Notes under the pieces: model-generated
What the model was told of the DNA's origin: nothing
What the model saw: the letters and a program-made list of their open reading frames with translations, nothing else
The model's database searches: none
In this document: one piece after another, positions 8,432 through 18,042 of the stretch
How the letters are laid out: every line of letters starts with the position of its first letter
Numbering within the stretch: the first letter of the stretch is position 1
IMG/VR virus record: IMGVR_UViG_3300027628_000013
Strand: one strand, 5' to 3'
From: a virus
Taxonomy: Duplodnaviria; Heunggongvirae; Uroviricota; Caudoviricetes; Herelleviridae
Length of the DNA stretch: 64,000 bases
Program-made: the position numbers and the translations under genes

Positions 8432-10045
8432 ATGGCAGAACAGCTACAACGTAGTGTTGAGTATAAGTCAAAAGGCAAGGAAGGTCTTTCTCCTAAAGGA
8501 GACTTATGGTTACATGAAGATATAATGAATGACGAGTACGAGAAGAAAACAAACCGTGCTATTAAGTCAATGAACGTTGAGAAATCCTTAGGAGGTCTAT
8601 ATATTGACCTTGAAAAGGGTAGGGTTGATACCGCTAAACTAGTGAAGAAGCCTGTTCAGGTACATGGTAAGAATGGACAGATGTTTACACGTATGCAGTG
8701 GGTAGACCCTAAGACAGGTCAACCAGTTAGCCAAAAGGATGCAGTAGACAGCCATGTTAAGCATGATATGTCCCCTGAGGATAAGCAAGCCTATGTGGAA
8801 AAGCATGGAATAGAGCACAAAACTAGCGAGCACCCTCAGATTCATAACATGCATATGACAAGAGCCATTAAGGAGCACTTGTATAAGAATCCTCATATTA
8901 TTGGAGCAGACCATCTACATGAGCATGATGAGGATGTAGCACCTCATAACCAAGGTGTCAAGGAGCAGGTAGATGCTTTCCATAAGCATATGTCTAAACA
9001 TCCTGAAAAGTACTACCAACTTATGAAAGAGCATGGTATTGCAGATTCAGACCCACGTGTAGGTAAAGAGGGTGACGAAAAGCAGAAATCAGCCATTGAA
9101 CATATGAAGAATGTAACAAAGATGAAGGCTCATTTAAAAGAGAACCCTCATATTATGGAGCACACGGAGATTCCACAGGCTAGTAAACCTACTAGTCCAG
9201 CCCCATCTAGAGCACAGCAAGGTGGAAATGACATAAAGGGCATACTTAAGAACATGAGTCCTAAAGAGCACTATGACTTAATGAAGCAACATGGTATAGC
9301 TGACTCAGACCCACGAGAAGGTAAAGAGGGTGCAGAGAAGCAGAAAGCCGCTATTATGCATATGAAGAATATGGTGGCTTTAAGGAAGAAGATTGAGCAA
9401 GACCCTTCTATCCTGAATATAGGCGAAAACGGTGAGAAACATGAGTCAGAGGTCAAACGTGTTGAAAGCATGAATGACGAGCAAAAGAATGTACATGATG
9501 TAAAAACTTTCCTAGGAGGGTTGAGCAAGGAGCACAAGAAGAGATTGATTGACGAATACGCTCACATCCCACATATCAGAGACCGTAAACGCCATGACAA
9601 TGAGAATATTGACTATATGCATGGGGTAACTGCCCTACGTAAGCACTTTGAAGAGAATCCTAAGGAAATGGATAAACACAAGGCTGATGCAGATAAGGAA
9701 AAGCTACATGACCTTAAGATTCCTAACAAGAAGATGCAGAAGTTCCTACGTGAAGTTGTAGGTTTAAAGGGTGTAGGAGATGCTAGACAAGAAGAGTCAG
9801 GGGTAGAGTGGTCATTTGGTGCTGATAAATCATCTTTTGCTAGGAAGGATACGGATGAGAATGGTAATCCTATTCTATCAATCGTAGACACTGGTAGGGA
9901 TGGTACAGACTGGAATGAGCACACAGTTCCTATGGAGAAGGTTAAGGAATTCTTAGATGGTCTAAGTAAATCTGAGGAGGAAGACCTGTACAAGTCTGCC
10001 CTAGGGGATGTGGAATTTTCTATTGTAAACTGGTGGGAGGTATAA
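8432..10045 (+). CDS. His-rich hypothetical protein, paralog member 2, with an internal tandem duplication
   Basis: Start reset to the ATG at 8432 (RBS AAAGGAGG). It carries the module LYIDLEKGRVDTAKLVKKPVQVHGKNGQMFTRMQWVDPKTGQPV. An internal repeat is present: YQLMKEHGIADSDPRVGKEGDEKQKSAIEHMKN and YDLMKQHGIADSDPREGKEGAEKQKAAIMHMKN. Confidence 0.6.
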   Translation: MAEQLQRSVEYKSKGKEGLSPKGDLWLHEDIMNDEYEKKTNRAIKSMNVEKSLGGLYIDLEKGRVDTAKLVKKPVQVHGKNGQMFTRMQWVDPKTGQPVSQKDAVDSHVKHDMSPEDKQAYVEKHGIEHKTSEHPQIHNMHMTRAIKEHLYKNPHIIGADHLHEHDEDVAPHNQGVKEQVDAFHKHMSKHPEKYYQLMKEHGIADSDPRVGKEGDEKQKSAIEHMKNVTKMKAHLKENPHIMEHTEIPQASKPTSPAPSRAQQGGNDIKGILKNMSPKEHYDLMKQHGIADSDPREGKEGAEKQKAAIMHMKNMVALRKKIEQDPSILNIGENGEKHESEVKRVESMNDEQKNVHDVKTFLGGLSKEHKKRLIDEYAHIPHIRDRKRHDNENIDYMHGVTALRKHFEENPKEMDKHKADADKEKLHDLKIPNKKMQKFLREVVGLKGVGDARQEESGVEWSFGADKSSFARKDTDENGNPILSIVDTGRDGTDWNEHTVPMEKVKEFLDGLSKSEEEDLYKSALGDVEFSIVNWWEV

Positions 10046-10047
10046 AT

Positions 10048-10596
10048 ATGAACGCTAAGATTTGGTATGAATGCCAGTTAGTAGCAAAGAGTATGGGCTA
10101 TAACCCTAATGACCCTGACAAGGTTATGGCTCTATACGAGTCACATCCTGACGTACAGGAAGAGCCTTTGCTTACTATTGACTTAGAAAAAGGTAAGTCA
10201 GACCGTGATGGTCTTATACAACAGATTGTAACATATGTACGTGATGGTCATACAGTAACACGTAAGCAGTGGGTACGTAGTACCTTTGCTGATCACGCTA
10301 AGAAGAATGAGGAAGAAAAGAAACAGGTAGAGTTCAACCAAAAAGAGCGTGAAGCTAGGTCAAGGCAGAAGAAGATAGATGATATTAACGAGAAGGCTAA
10401 GAATGCTGATGTTAGAGCCTATAAGAAAGAGAAGAACAGACAGGCTAAAGATGAGGGTAAGCGTGGTCATAGTTCTCGTAACAAGAAAGTAGATAAGAAG
10501 GAAAGCCACAAACTTATTATCGAAGCTAACAAAGTGAAGAAGAAGGATAAGGGTAAGGGTAAGAAGGCTAAGAAGGACAACACGAACCAGCAATAG
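10048..10596 (+). CDS. Paralog member 3: degenerate N-terminal module plus an extremely Lys-rich (histone-like) tail
   Basis: LTIDLEKGKSDRDGLIQQIVTYVRDGHTVTRKQWV aligns with the module of the two upstream genes. The C-terminus is KKDKGKGKKAKK-type low complexity. RBS GGGAGG. Confidence 0.55.
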   Translation: MNAKIWYECQLVAKSMGYNPNDPDKVMALYESHPDVQEEPLLTIDLEKGKSDRDGLIQQIVTYVRDGHTVTRKQWVRSTFADHAKKNEEEKKQVEFNQKEREARSRQKKIDDINEKAKNADVRAYKKEKNRQAKDEGKRGHSSRNKKVDKKESHKLIIEANKVKKKDKGKGKKAKKDNTNQQ

Positions 10597-10635
10597 TAGC
10601 ATACACATTGGTGTATGCTATTTTTCTTTCTTTTT
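10597..10635 (+). terminator. Rho-independent terminator (TAGCATACAC-ATTG-GTGTATGCTA + TTTTTCTTTCTTTTT)
   Basis: Perfect 10-bp stem with a tetraloop and a long T-run. Confidence 0.65.
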
Positions 10636-10689
10636 AGATTTTATGTGAGAGAAGCAACAGTTTGTAGTAATTATAGGGAGGTGCTTTAC

Positions 10690-12270
10690 ATGGGAATTAA
10701 ACAATTCTTTGGGAACCTAGCTGACACTGTTAAGTTAGGTGAAGCTCCTTTTGCTATGAGTAGCGGAATGGATGAAACCCAAAATGACACTATCGCTAAG
10801 TCAGAGCGTGCCCAAGAGTCTAAGGCGATAGTAGAAGACCCAATGGCTATAGTTCAGAGTATGGGGTACAAGGACAAACCCTATTCTTTATCATATGATA
10901 CACTAAAGAGGATGGCAATTAGAAACTCAGTTATATCATCTATTATCTTTACTAGGATTAATCAGATATCTACTTTCTCTCAGCCTGCTAGGTTTACAAA
11001 GGACGGCATAGGGTTTGAGGTGAAACTAAGAGATCCTAAGGCTAAAGGCACAGAGGTACAGAAGAGAATGATGCTGGCTATAGAATCTTTTCTAGAGAAC
11101 TGTGGGTATGACTATAATCCTTCTAGGGATAGCTTTGATACTTTTCTGCGTAAAGTTCTATGGGACTCTTTAGTATATGACCAACTTACTTTCGAGATTG
11201 TTCCTGATAGAATGGGTAGACCTGCTGAGTTGTATGCAGTAGATGCTTCTACTATACGTGCGGCAGAGGTTGATGTAGAGTCACTAGGAGAAGATGAGTT
11301 TGTAACCAACACTACAGAGCAGGAAAACCACTTTGTACAGCTTATACAAGGTACTGTAGTTTCAGAGTTCAATAATACAGAGTTAGCCTTCTGTGTACGT
11401 AACCCTAGAACGGATATTAATGTTCAACCTTATGGATTCTCTGAGTTAGAAATTCTTATACACCAAGTAACTTCACACTTATATGCAGAGGAATACAACT
11501 CTAGATACTTCTCTCAAGGTGGTACTACTAAAGGGGTAATGAACCTTAAAGGTCAGAATATCAGTAAGCCACAACTTGATGCTTTCCGTAGACAGTGGCA
11601 AGCACAGTTATCAGGTGTTACAGGTGCATGGAAGACTCCAGTAGTATCAGTAGAGGGCTTAGAGTACATTAACGTAGCTCAGTCTAACCGTGAGATGGAA
11701 TACGAGATGTGGATGAACTACTTAATCAATATCTGTTGTGCAGTGTACCAAATTGACCCTTCAGAGATAAACTTCCCTAACCGTGGTGGTAGTGGCGGTG
11801 GTGGTGGAGCTTCTATCATGGAAGGCGGTATGGAGTCTAGATTAAAGAACTCTAAAGATAAAGGTTTACGTCCTTTACTACGATTCCTAGAATCTGTCAT
11901 CAATAAGCACATTGTAAGACGATTTGGCTCTGAATACTCCTTTAACTTTGTTGGTTTAGACCAAGAAACAGAGCAGGAGAGAGCAGAACTGAATGAGAAG
12001 TTAGTACGTACTCGTAAGACTATCAACGAGATTCGTAAAGAAAATGATGACCCGCCTATTGAGGGAGGGGACATTATACTTGACCCTACGTTCACTAACT
12101 ATCTCTTACAGAAACAACAGATGGAACAAGCAGACCAAATGCAACAAGACCCTAGTGCTGGTGGAGACCCTAATGCTGACCCTAATGAAGAGCAAGACCC
12201 TGAGGAAGCTAACCAACAGCAGGAAGATGCAGATATATCACAAGGTATAGACGAGCAGTATAGTCAATAA
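10690..12270 (+). CDS. Portal protein (putative)
   Basis: Size is about 527 aa, immediately upstream of the protease-scaffold-capsid genes. The C-terminus is acidic and Q-rich. The start was reset from the track (10615) to the ATG at 10690, behind RBS AGGGAGGTG. Confidence 0.6.
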   Translation: MGIKQFFGNLADTVKLGEAPFAMSSGMDETQNDTIAKSERAQESKAIVEDPMAIVQSMGYKDKPYSLSYDTLKRMAIRNSVISSIIFTRINQISTFSQPARFTKDGIGFEVKLRDPKAKGTEVQKRMMLAIESFLENCGYDYNPSRDSFDTFLRKVLWDSLVYDQLTFEIVPDRMGRPAELYAVDASTIRAAEVDVESLGEDEFVTNTTEQENHFVQLIQGTVVSEFNNTELAFCVRNPRTDINVQPYGFSELEILIHQVTSHLYAEEYNSRYFSQGGTTKGVMNLKGQNISKPQLDAFRRQWQAQLSGVTGAWKTPVVSVEGLEYINVAQSNREMEYEMWMNYLINICCAVYQIDPSEINFPNRGGSGGGGGASIMEGGMESRLKNSKDKGLRPLLRFLESVINKHIVRRFGSEYSFNFVGLDQETEQERAELNEKLVRTRKTINEIRKENDDPPIEGGDIILDPTFTNYLLQKQQMEQADQMQQDPSAGGDPNADPNEEQDPEEANQQQEDADISQGIDEQYSQ

Positions 12271-12352
12271 AGTATGTCGAATAATGACTCTACAAGATTT
12301 TAGTCTTGTAGGGTTATTTTGATATTGAATATTAGATATGGAGGTGAGTGAC

Positions 12353-13111
12353 ATGAATGATAAGTTTAATTTCATGATGCCTATGGATATCGCTAAGTCA
12401 GAAGATGGTGAAGACCGTTGGATGATTCGTGGATATGCGTCTACTGATGCACAGGATAGACAAGGCGAGTCACTAGTACAGAAGGGACTAGATTTTAGCG
12501 ACTTCGTTAACCATGGATTTTTTAACTATGACCACAATAACTCCATTATACTTGGTTACCCAACGGATGCCTGTAAGGTAGACGATAACGGTTTCTGGGT
12601 AGAGGGTGAGTTACTGAAAGGTATACCTGAAGCTGAACGCATGTGGCACCTATCTTTAGCACTTAAGAAGTCTAATGCGCCTAGAAAAGTAGGCTTCTCT
12701 GTAGAAGGTAAGGTCATTGAGCGTGATGGTGATAAGGTGACTAAAGCCAAGATTTATAACGTGGCTATCACAACAAACCCAGTTAATACGACATGTACAT
12801 GGGATGCAGTAGTTAAGTCATTTGCAGGGGTAAAGGAAGAGCCTATTAGATTCGATAATGTTAGTAAAGCATTAGAAGCTGGCTATGAGACTGACCCTAG
12901 ACAAATGGAAGGTGGAGATGTCTTCCGTAAGGAAAGCCTAGAGAAAGACTTAACGAACCTCTCATATGTGATAGACAGTGATGCAAATAAGAAAATTCTT
13001 AAAGAGAAATTGGCAAATAAGTCAATGACTAACCGAGAACTAACTTTGTACTTACAGCTTACTAAGGGTTGGTCAAGACAAGAAGCCCAAGACTTCATTA
13101 AGAAAATCTAA
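12353..13111 (+). CDS. Prohead (head maturation) serine protease, HK97/S78-like
   Basis: N-terminal region RGYASTDAQDRQGESL resembles the S78 protease core. It sits between portal and scaffold. Its C-terminal 40 aa duplicate the N-terminus of the capsid protein. Confidence 0.55.
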   Translation: MNDKFNFMMPMDIAKSEDGEDRWMIRGYASTDAQDRQGESLVQKGLDFSDFVNHGFFNYDHNNSIILGYPTDACKVDDNGFWVEGELLKGIPEAERMWHLSLALKKSNAPRKVGFSVEGKVIERDGDKVTKAKIYNVAITTNPVNTTCTWDAVVKSFAGVKEEPIRFDNVSKALEAGYETDPRQMEGGDVFRKESLEKDLTNLSYVIDSDANKKILKEKLANKSMTNRELTLYLQLTKGWSRQEAQDFIKKI

Positions 13112-13135
13112 CATTAATATATAGGAGGTGCCAAC

Positions 13136-13951
13136 ATGGGTGCAGAAAATACTAATGTGCAAAACCATGATGAACTTATTAACAAGTCTCTAGAAGAGAT
13201 TGATGAGTTGGTAAAAGGCATGGAAAAGGCTGAGGAAGAGCAGATTTCTAAGGCATTACCACAGGATGACGCTACACCTGATGAGGTATCACAAGATACT
13301 CCACCAGCAGAAGAAGGTGCTGAACAAGACCAAGCTCCTACTCAAGAGGGTGCAGGGGATGATGCTGACGTAGATACTGACACAGAAGCAGAAGAGAACG
13401 AGCAAGAGGACGATGAAGTAGAGAAGTCTTTAGAAGACACTATGAAGGGTAATGAGGGTGTACGCAAAGCATTAGAAGTATCTGAGTTCTTAGATGAGCT
13501 TGTAAAAGGTATCTCTACTGTAATCGGTAACCAAAGCGTTACTTTGAATAAATCTTTAGCGTCTAATGAGCAATCTCAAGCATTGCTAGCTAAATCTTTT
13601 GAAGGTATCGTGAAATCACAGAAGGCTGTTATCGGTATCACTGGTAAACTTCAGAAGTCCATTCACGCTTTAACTGAGAGACTTGAAGCTGTAGAAGCTC
13701 AACCTTTAGTACGCAAATCAGTACCTAATGCTAAAGCAATTGAGAAATCTTTCCCTGCTAGTACTGGAGCACAAAACTCAGGTAATACAACTAACAGCAC
13801 ATTAAGCAAGGGCGTAGCTGTTCAGCGTCTATCAGAGGAAGTAATGAAAGGTAATTCTTCTTTAATGAACGATGTTCTAGCATTAGAAGGTTCAGGGAAC
13901 TTTAATTCCCTATCAGCTGAAGCTAAGACATTCTTAGGATTAACACAATAA
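13136..13951 (+). CDS. Scaffolding protein (putative)
   Basis: Highly acidic N-terminus, predicted coiled-coil, located directly upstream of the major capsid gene. Confidence 0.5.
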   Translation: MGAENTNVQNHDELINKSLEEIDELVKGMEKAEEEQISKALPQDDATPDEVSQDTPPAEEGAEQDQAPTQEGAGDDADVDTDTEAEENEQEDDEVEKSLEDTMKGNEGVRKALEVSEFLDELVKGISTVIGNQSVTLNKSLASNEQSQALLAKSFEGIVKSQKAVIGITGKLQKSIHALTERLEAVEAQPLVRKSVPNAKAIEKSFPASTGAQNSGNTTNSTLSKGVAVQRLSEEVMKGNSSLMNDVLALEGSGNFNSLSAEAKTFLGLTQ

Positions 13952-13981
13952 TTTTTTTATATATCACGGAGGTGGACACGA

Positions 13982-15391
13982 ATGTTTACTAATCTTAATG
14001 AAAACAACCAAGGCTTTGGTATTGCTGAAGCTTCACAGGTTGAACAGTTAAATAAAGCGTTAGAAGCAGGCTATGAGGTTAACCCTCTTAACCTAGAAGG
14101 CGGTGGCGCTTTCCGTGTTGAATCACTAGAGAACAGCTTAAAAGTTCTTACTTACGGTGACCAACACATTAAGTTTTGGAAGAAAATTCCTAAACAAAAA
14201 GCGTTCTCTACAGTAGAACAATACGGACAGTTAATTGACTACGGTCGTGGTCAAGGGGCTTTCGTAGGTGAAGGTCAGTTACCTGATACTAACGACTCTA
14301 CTTACGCTCGTAAGGCAGCGTTCGTTAAGTTCCTAGGTACTACTCGTGAAGTTACACACCCAATGACATTAGTAAATAGTGCATTCGGTAACGTTGTAGC
14401 TCGCCAAAACCAAGACGGTATCCTATGGATGCTTAAGCAAATTGAGCAATCACTATTCTGGGGAGATAGTAAACTAGCTCCTGGTGGTGAAGAAGGTCTA
14501 GAGTTTGACGGTATCAACAAAATGATTGATAAAGATAACACTATTGACCTTAAAGGAACTTACCTAGAAGAGAAACATATCAACTGGGGAGCTCAAATGA
14601 TTATTCAGAACTACGGTACTCCAACTGATATCTTCTTACCATTTGAAGTACAAGCGCAGTTCTCTAATGAATTCTTCCCTAAAGAGCGTGTTATTATGCC
14701 AACAAACGCTGGCTACCAAGCTGGTGTAGTTGTTAACAAGTTCATGACTCACGGTGGAGAAGTTAACTTTGAGCCTAACATCTTCTTAAACAAAACACGT
14801 GCGCTACAACCTAACGCATCAAGCTTTAAAGCTCCTGCTGTAGGTACATTAGCGGCTAACTCTACTCCACTTATCGGTACTGATGGCGACTTCGCTAAAC
14901 AAGGTGCTGGAGTATATAAATATAAAGTAACATTCAACAACTCTCATGGTGAGTCTATCCCATCTAATGAAGTTGCAGTTACTTTAGCAGGTTCTGATGT
15001 ATCTAAAGGTGTTAACCTAGACATCACTAACCCAGCTTCTACAGCTTTCCCTATCGAGTACATTCGCTTGTACAGAACAGAGAAAGACCAAAACCAATTC
15101 TACGAAGTAGCTAAGTTCGCTGTACAAACAGCAAGCTCAGGTGCTAAAATGACTTACGTAGATAAAGGTACTACAATTGCGAACACTTACACAGCGTTCA
15201 TGGGTGAAATGTCTCCTGATATTATCGCCTTCAAGCAATTAGCACCTATGATGAAGATGGATCTAGCAACCCTAGGACCAGTAATCCGTTGGATGATTCT
15301 TATGTACGGGGTACCTGTGATATATGCCCCTAAGAAGTGGATGAGATACACTAACATTAAAGCAGACGTACCTGGATTCGTACAAATCTAA
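13982..15391 (+). CDS. Major capsid protein (putative, HK97-fold)
   Basis: 469 aa, following protease and scaffold. Strong terminators lie downstream, consistent with high expression. An N-terminal propeptide-like segment is shared with the protease. Confidence 0.65.
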   Translation: MFTNLNENNQGFGIAEASQVEQLNKALEAGYEVNPLNLEGGGAFRVESLENSLKVLTYGDQHIKFWKKIPKQKAFSTVEQYGQLIDYGRGQGAFVGEGQLPDTNDSTYARKAAFVKFLGTTREVTHPMTLVNSAFGNVVARQNQDGILWMLKQIEQSLFWGDSKLAPGGEEGLEFDGINKMIDKDNTIDLKGTYLEEKHINWGAQMIIQNYGTPTDIFLPFEVQAQFSNEFFPKERVIMPTNAGYQAGVVVNKFMTHGGEVNFEPNIFLNKTRALQPNASSFKAPAVGTLAANSTPLIGTDGDFAKQGAGVYKYKVTFNNSHGESIPSNEVAVTLAGSDVSKGVNLDITNPASTAFPIEYIRLYRTEKDQNQFYEVAKFAVQTASSGAKMTYVDKGTTIANTYTAFMGEMSPDIIAFKQLAPMMKMDLATLGPVIRWMILMYGVPVIYAPKKWMRYTNIKADVPGFVQI

Positions 15392-15403
15392 TATAGAACG
15401 TAA

Positions 15404-15455
15404 AAATGGATGGGGAGAAAATTCCCATCCATTTGCTTTGTTTAAGCAAACAAAG
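15404..15455 (+). terminator. Tandem hairpins after the capsid gene (AAATGGATGGG/CCCATCCATTT 11-bp stem; CTTTGTTT/AAACAAAG 8-bp stem)
   Basis: Two perfect inverted repeats lie back to back directly after the capsid stop. There is no long T-run, so they may be attenuating or processing structures. Confidence 0.45.
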
Positions 15456-15469
15456 TGTGGAGGTTCTAT

Positions 15470-16081
15470 ATGGTAACATGCCAATTATGCGGTAAGCAGA
15501 TGAAATGGATACAAAATACTCACCTTGCTAAACATGGGTACACTCTAGCTGAGTACAGGATAGATTTCCCTAATTCCCCTGTCAAGACAGAAGAGATACA
15601 GAAAAGACTAGAGAGAAGAGGTCAAAGAAAGCCCATTAGGTTTTGTGCTAGAAAAGGGTGTGGAAATACTCTGAATAAGGGTAACAAATACTGCTCCAGT
15701 AAATGTAACGCTTTAGATAATCCTGAGGTGGGTCTTCACCATAAAGGGTATACTACTCATCTTAATCCCAACTATACAGATGGCACCTACTCCTATGGAA
15801 AGTCTCAGAAGCAAAAAGCCTATGAACGAGACAAAGGTAAGTGTCAGAGATGTGGGTGTGATGTAGGTAGTGGTACTAAATATGGGGTGCATCATCTAGT
15901 TCCTAGGAGATTGTTTAGGGACAAAGCTAGTGCTGACAGCCTTGATAATCTAGTGACTCTTTGTAGTAAAGACCATAGGGATGTAGAAGCAGAGTTTGTA
16001 GAACATCTATACTATCTGTATATGAATGCGATACACATGGAGCCAAAGCACTTAATGGTATACCTACGTGAGAAAATATAG
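15470..16081 (+). CDS. HNH endonuclease, inserted between the capsid gene and downstream head genes (homing-endonuclease-like)
   Basis: Cys-rich N-terminal zinc-binding region. HNH motif QRCGCDVGSGTKYGVHHLVPRR ... SLDNLVTLCSKDHR. Start reset to the ATG at 15470 (RBS GGAGG). Confidence 0.65.
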   Translation: MVTCQLCGKQMKWIQNTHLAKHGYTLAEYRIDFPNSPVKTEEIQKRLERRGQRKPIRFCARKGCGNTLNKGNKYCSSKCNALDNPEVGLHHKGYTTHLNPNYTDGTYSYGKSQKQKAYERDKGKCQRCGCDVGSGTKYGVHHLVPRRLFRDKASADSLDNLVTLCSKDHRDVEAEFVEHLYYLYMNAIHMEPKHLMVYLREKI

Positions 16082-16107
16082 GGGTGAACTTCGGTTCATC
16101 CCTTTTT
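16081..16107 (+). terminator. Rho-independent terminator with a C(UUCG)G tetraloop (GGGGTGAAC-TTCG-GTTCATCCC + TTTTTGTATTTT)
   Basis: 9-bp stem (one G-U pair), UUCG loop and a T-run. Confidence 0.65.
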
Positions 16108-16179
16108 GTATTTTAGGGGCAGGAACGATTATAAAAAACAGTAGGACTATAAAACTAAGCACTCCTAGGAGGTAATAAT

Positions 16180-16572
16180 ATGGGTAAACTTAAGAATGAA
16201 TTTTTAGCGAACACAAAGGTTACGTTTTCTAGTGGAGAGGTACACTTCGATGAAAAGGGTATTGCTGAGGTAGAGCCTGATGAGTTATACCAAGAAGTAC
16301 TACAGATTCCTAACTTCTATGCAGTTAATGAAGAGGGTGAAACAGTACCTAAAGAAGAGCCTAAGAAAGAAGCTACTGAAGAGGAAGAAACAGAGGAGAA
16401 GGAAGAGCCTAAGAAACCTAAAGCTCCGACTATTGACCCTGATGACTACAAAGAAAAAGAGTTAGATGAAAAAGCAAAAGAATTAGAAATCCCTGAGGAA
16501 GATTATCCTAAGAGCGGTACTAAGGCGGTTAAGGCTGCTGCTATCAATGCTTTCCTAGCTGAAAATAACTAA
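16180..16572 (+). CDS. Hypothetical acidic protein (possible head decoration or virion protein)
   Basis: Strong RBS AGGAGGTAATAATATG. E/K-rich central region. Confidence 0.5.
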   Translation: MGKLKNEFLANTKVTFSSGEVHFDEKGIAEVEPDELYQEVLQIPNFYAVNEEGETVPKEEPKKEATEEEETEEKEEPKKPKAPTIDPDDYKEKELDEKAKELEIPEEDYPKSGTKAVKAAAINAFLAENN

Positions 16573-16583
16573 GGAGTGGTCAC

Positions 16584-17321
16584 ATGAAATTCAGTGAGGT
16601 AAATAGTGAATTTCTACGAGAGAACTATTTGTTCGGGGTACCACTTGAAGATATGTATGGAAACAAGATGAAAGAGGGAATGTTAGACCATTACATTAGG
16701 TCTGCTGTACAGCACACTCAGCGTATGTTGCAGATAGTCATTGAACCTACAGAAGTTGTAGATGAAGTTCATGACTACTATAACGGTGACTATACAAGTT
16801 GGGGATTCATGCAACTTCATAAACGTCCTGTTATAGAAGTAACATCACTGTCCATGCAGTTTGGTGACCGTAAGATATTTGACATTCCTAAAGACTGGGT
16901 AAGGAATCACGGTATTTCAGGACAGATACAGCTTTTTCCTGTGTCAGGCTCCTCAGGTAGCTTAATCCTTACTCAAAATGGTTCTTTCATGCCTTTCCTT
17001 ACAGGTCAGTATTCTAATGCACCTTCTATATGGAGACTTTCTTATAGAGCTGGGTTAGAGGATATTCCTGAGGATATGGTTGAGTATATCATGAAACGTG
17101 CCTCTGTTGGTATCCTTCAAGTATGGGGAGACTTAATTATTGGTGCTGGTATCGCCAACCAAACTATCAGTATTGATGGTTTATCTCAGTCTATCGGTAC
17201 TACTCAGTCTCCTGAGTTCTCAGGTGCAGGTGCCCGTATCAAGAACTACATGGATGATATGAAAGAGCTTGAAAGAGCACTCAAGGATACCTACTTAGGT
17301 ATCAACATGGGTATCATCTAA
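16584..17321 (+). CDS. Hypothetical structural protein (possible head-tail connector or adaptor)
   Basis: Position between the capsid and tail genes. RBS AAGGAG. Confidence 0.45.
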   Translation: MKFSEVNSEFLRENYLFGVPLEDMYGNKMKEGMLDHYIRSAVQHTQRMLQIVIEPTEVVDEVHDYYNGDYTSWGFMQLHKRPVIEVTSLSMQFGDRKIFDIPKDWVRNHGISGQIQLFPVSGSSGSLILTQNGSFMPFLTGQYSNAPSIWRLSYRAGLEDIPEDMVEYIMKRASVGILQVWGDLIIGAGIANQTISIDGLSQSIGTTQSPEFSGAGARIKNYMDDMKELERALKDTYLGINMGII

Positions 17322-17334
17322 AGGAGGTGGAGAC

Positions 17335-18042
17335 ATGGCTGAGTATCAACAATCTCACATGGCTCCTAGGGCAGACCTCCAAGTACAACAATTCGATACA
17401 GCAATAAGGCAAAAAGGATACAGGGTTTGGTGGGAGCAAGGTATGTTTTGTCCATGTGTGGATAAGCGTTCTGGACAGCCTGACCCTGTTTGTCCTGTTT
17501 GTTGGGGTAACGGATATCACTACTTGGAAGGTAAAGAAACTAGGGCTGTAGTGACTAGTATTAACAGTCAAAAGATGCAGACACATATTGGTTTGGATGA
17601 CTTAGGTACAGCTTACCTTACAGCACTGAGTACAGACAGAATTGGGTATAGGGATAGATTCACGTTCTTAGACTTTACTGTTAAGTACTCAGAACTTGTA
17701 GATAGAGGTGAAGCAGGTGAATTAGATGCCCTAAGGTATCAGTGTAATGGTATGATTTGCTTGCGTACATTAGATAAGATTTACAAAAGGGGCATAGATT
17801 TTGATATATCCAAGGATGGTTGGCACATACAGTGGCTAAAGGAAGAGATATTCGAGGGTGACAGATACTCTGTACTTTATTATACTCCACCTACCTATAT
17901 TGCTATGGGTCCACTACATGACCTGCGTGGTACAGCTACACTATTTAAGTCAGGCGGTCAAGAACGTTTTGAGTACCTATCTCAGCAGTATCAGATTAAG
18001 AGGGAGGACTTTTTAGATGACACCTTCTTCAATAAACAATGA
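17335..18042 (+). CDS. Hypothetical structural protein with a Cys cluster (CPCVD...CPVCWGNG)
   Basis: RBS AGGAGGTGGAG. Located in the head-tail joining region. Confidence 0.45.
   Translation: MAEYQQSHMAPRADLQVQQFDTAIRQKGYRVWWEQGMFCPCVDKRSGQPDPVCPVCWGNGYHYLEGKETRAVVTSINSQKMQTHIGLDDLGTAYLTALSTDRIGYRDRFTFLDFTVKYSELVDRGEAGELDALRYQCNGMICLRTLDKIYKRGIDFDISKDGWHIQWLKEEIFEGDRYSVLYYTPPTYIAMGPLHDLRGTATLFKSGGQERFEYLSQQYQIKREDFLDDTFFNKQ

Noticed and set aside
10615-10689. 5' extension of the portal ORF ([11 protein letters not shown]...)
   Set aside because: The extension runs through the upstream terminator T-tract and has no RBS. The in-frame ATG at 10690 has a perfect AGGGAGGTG.
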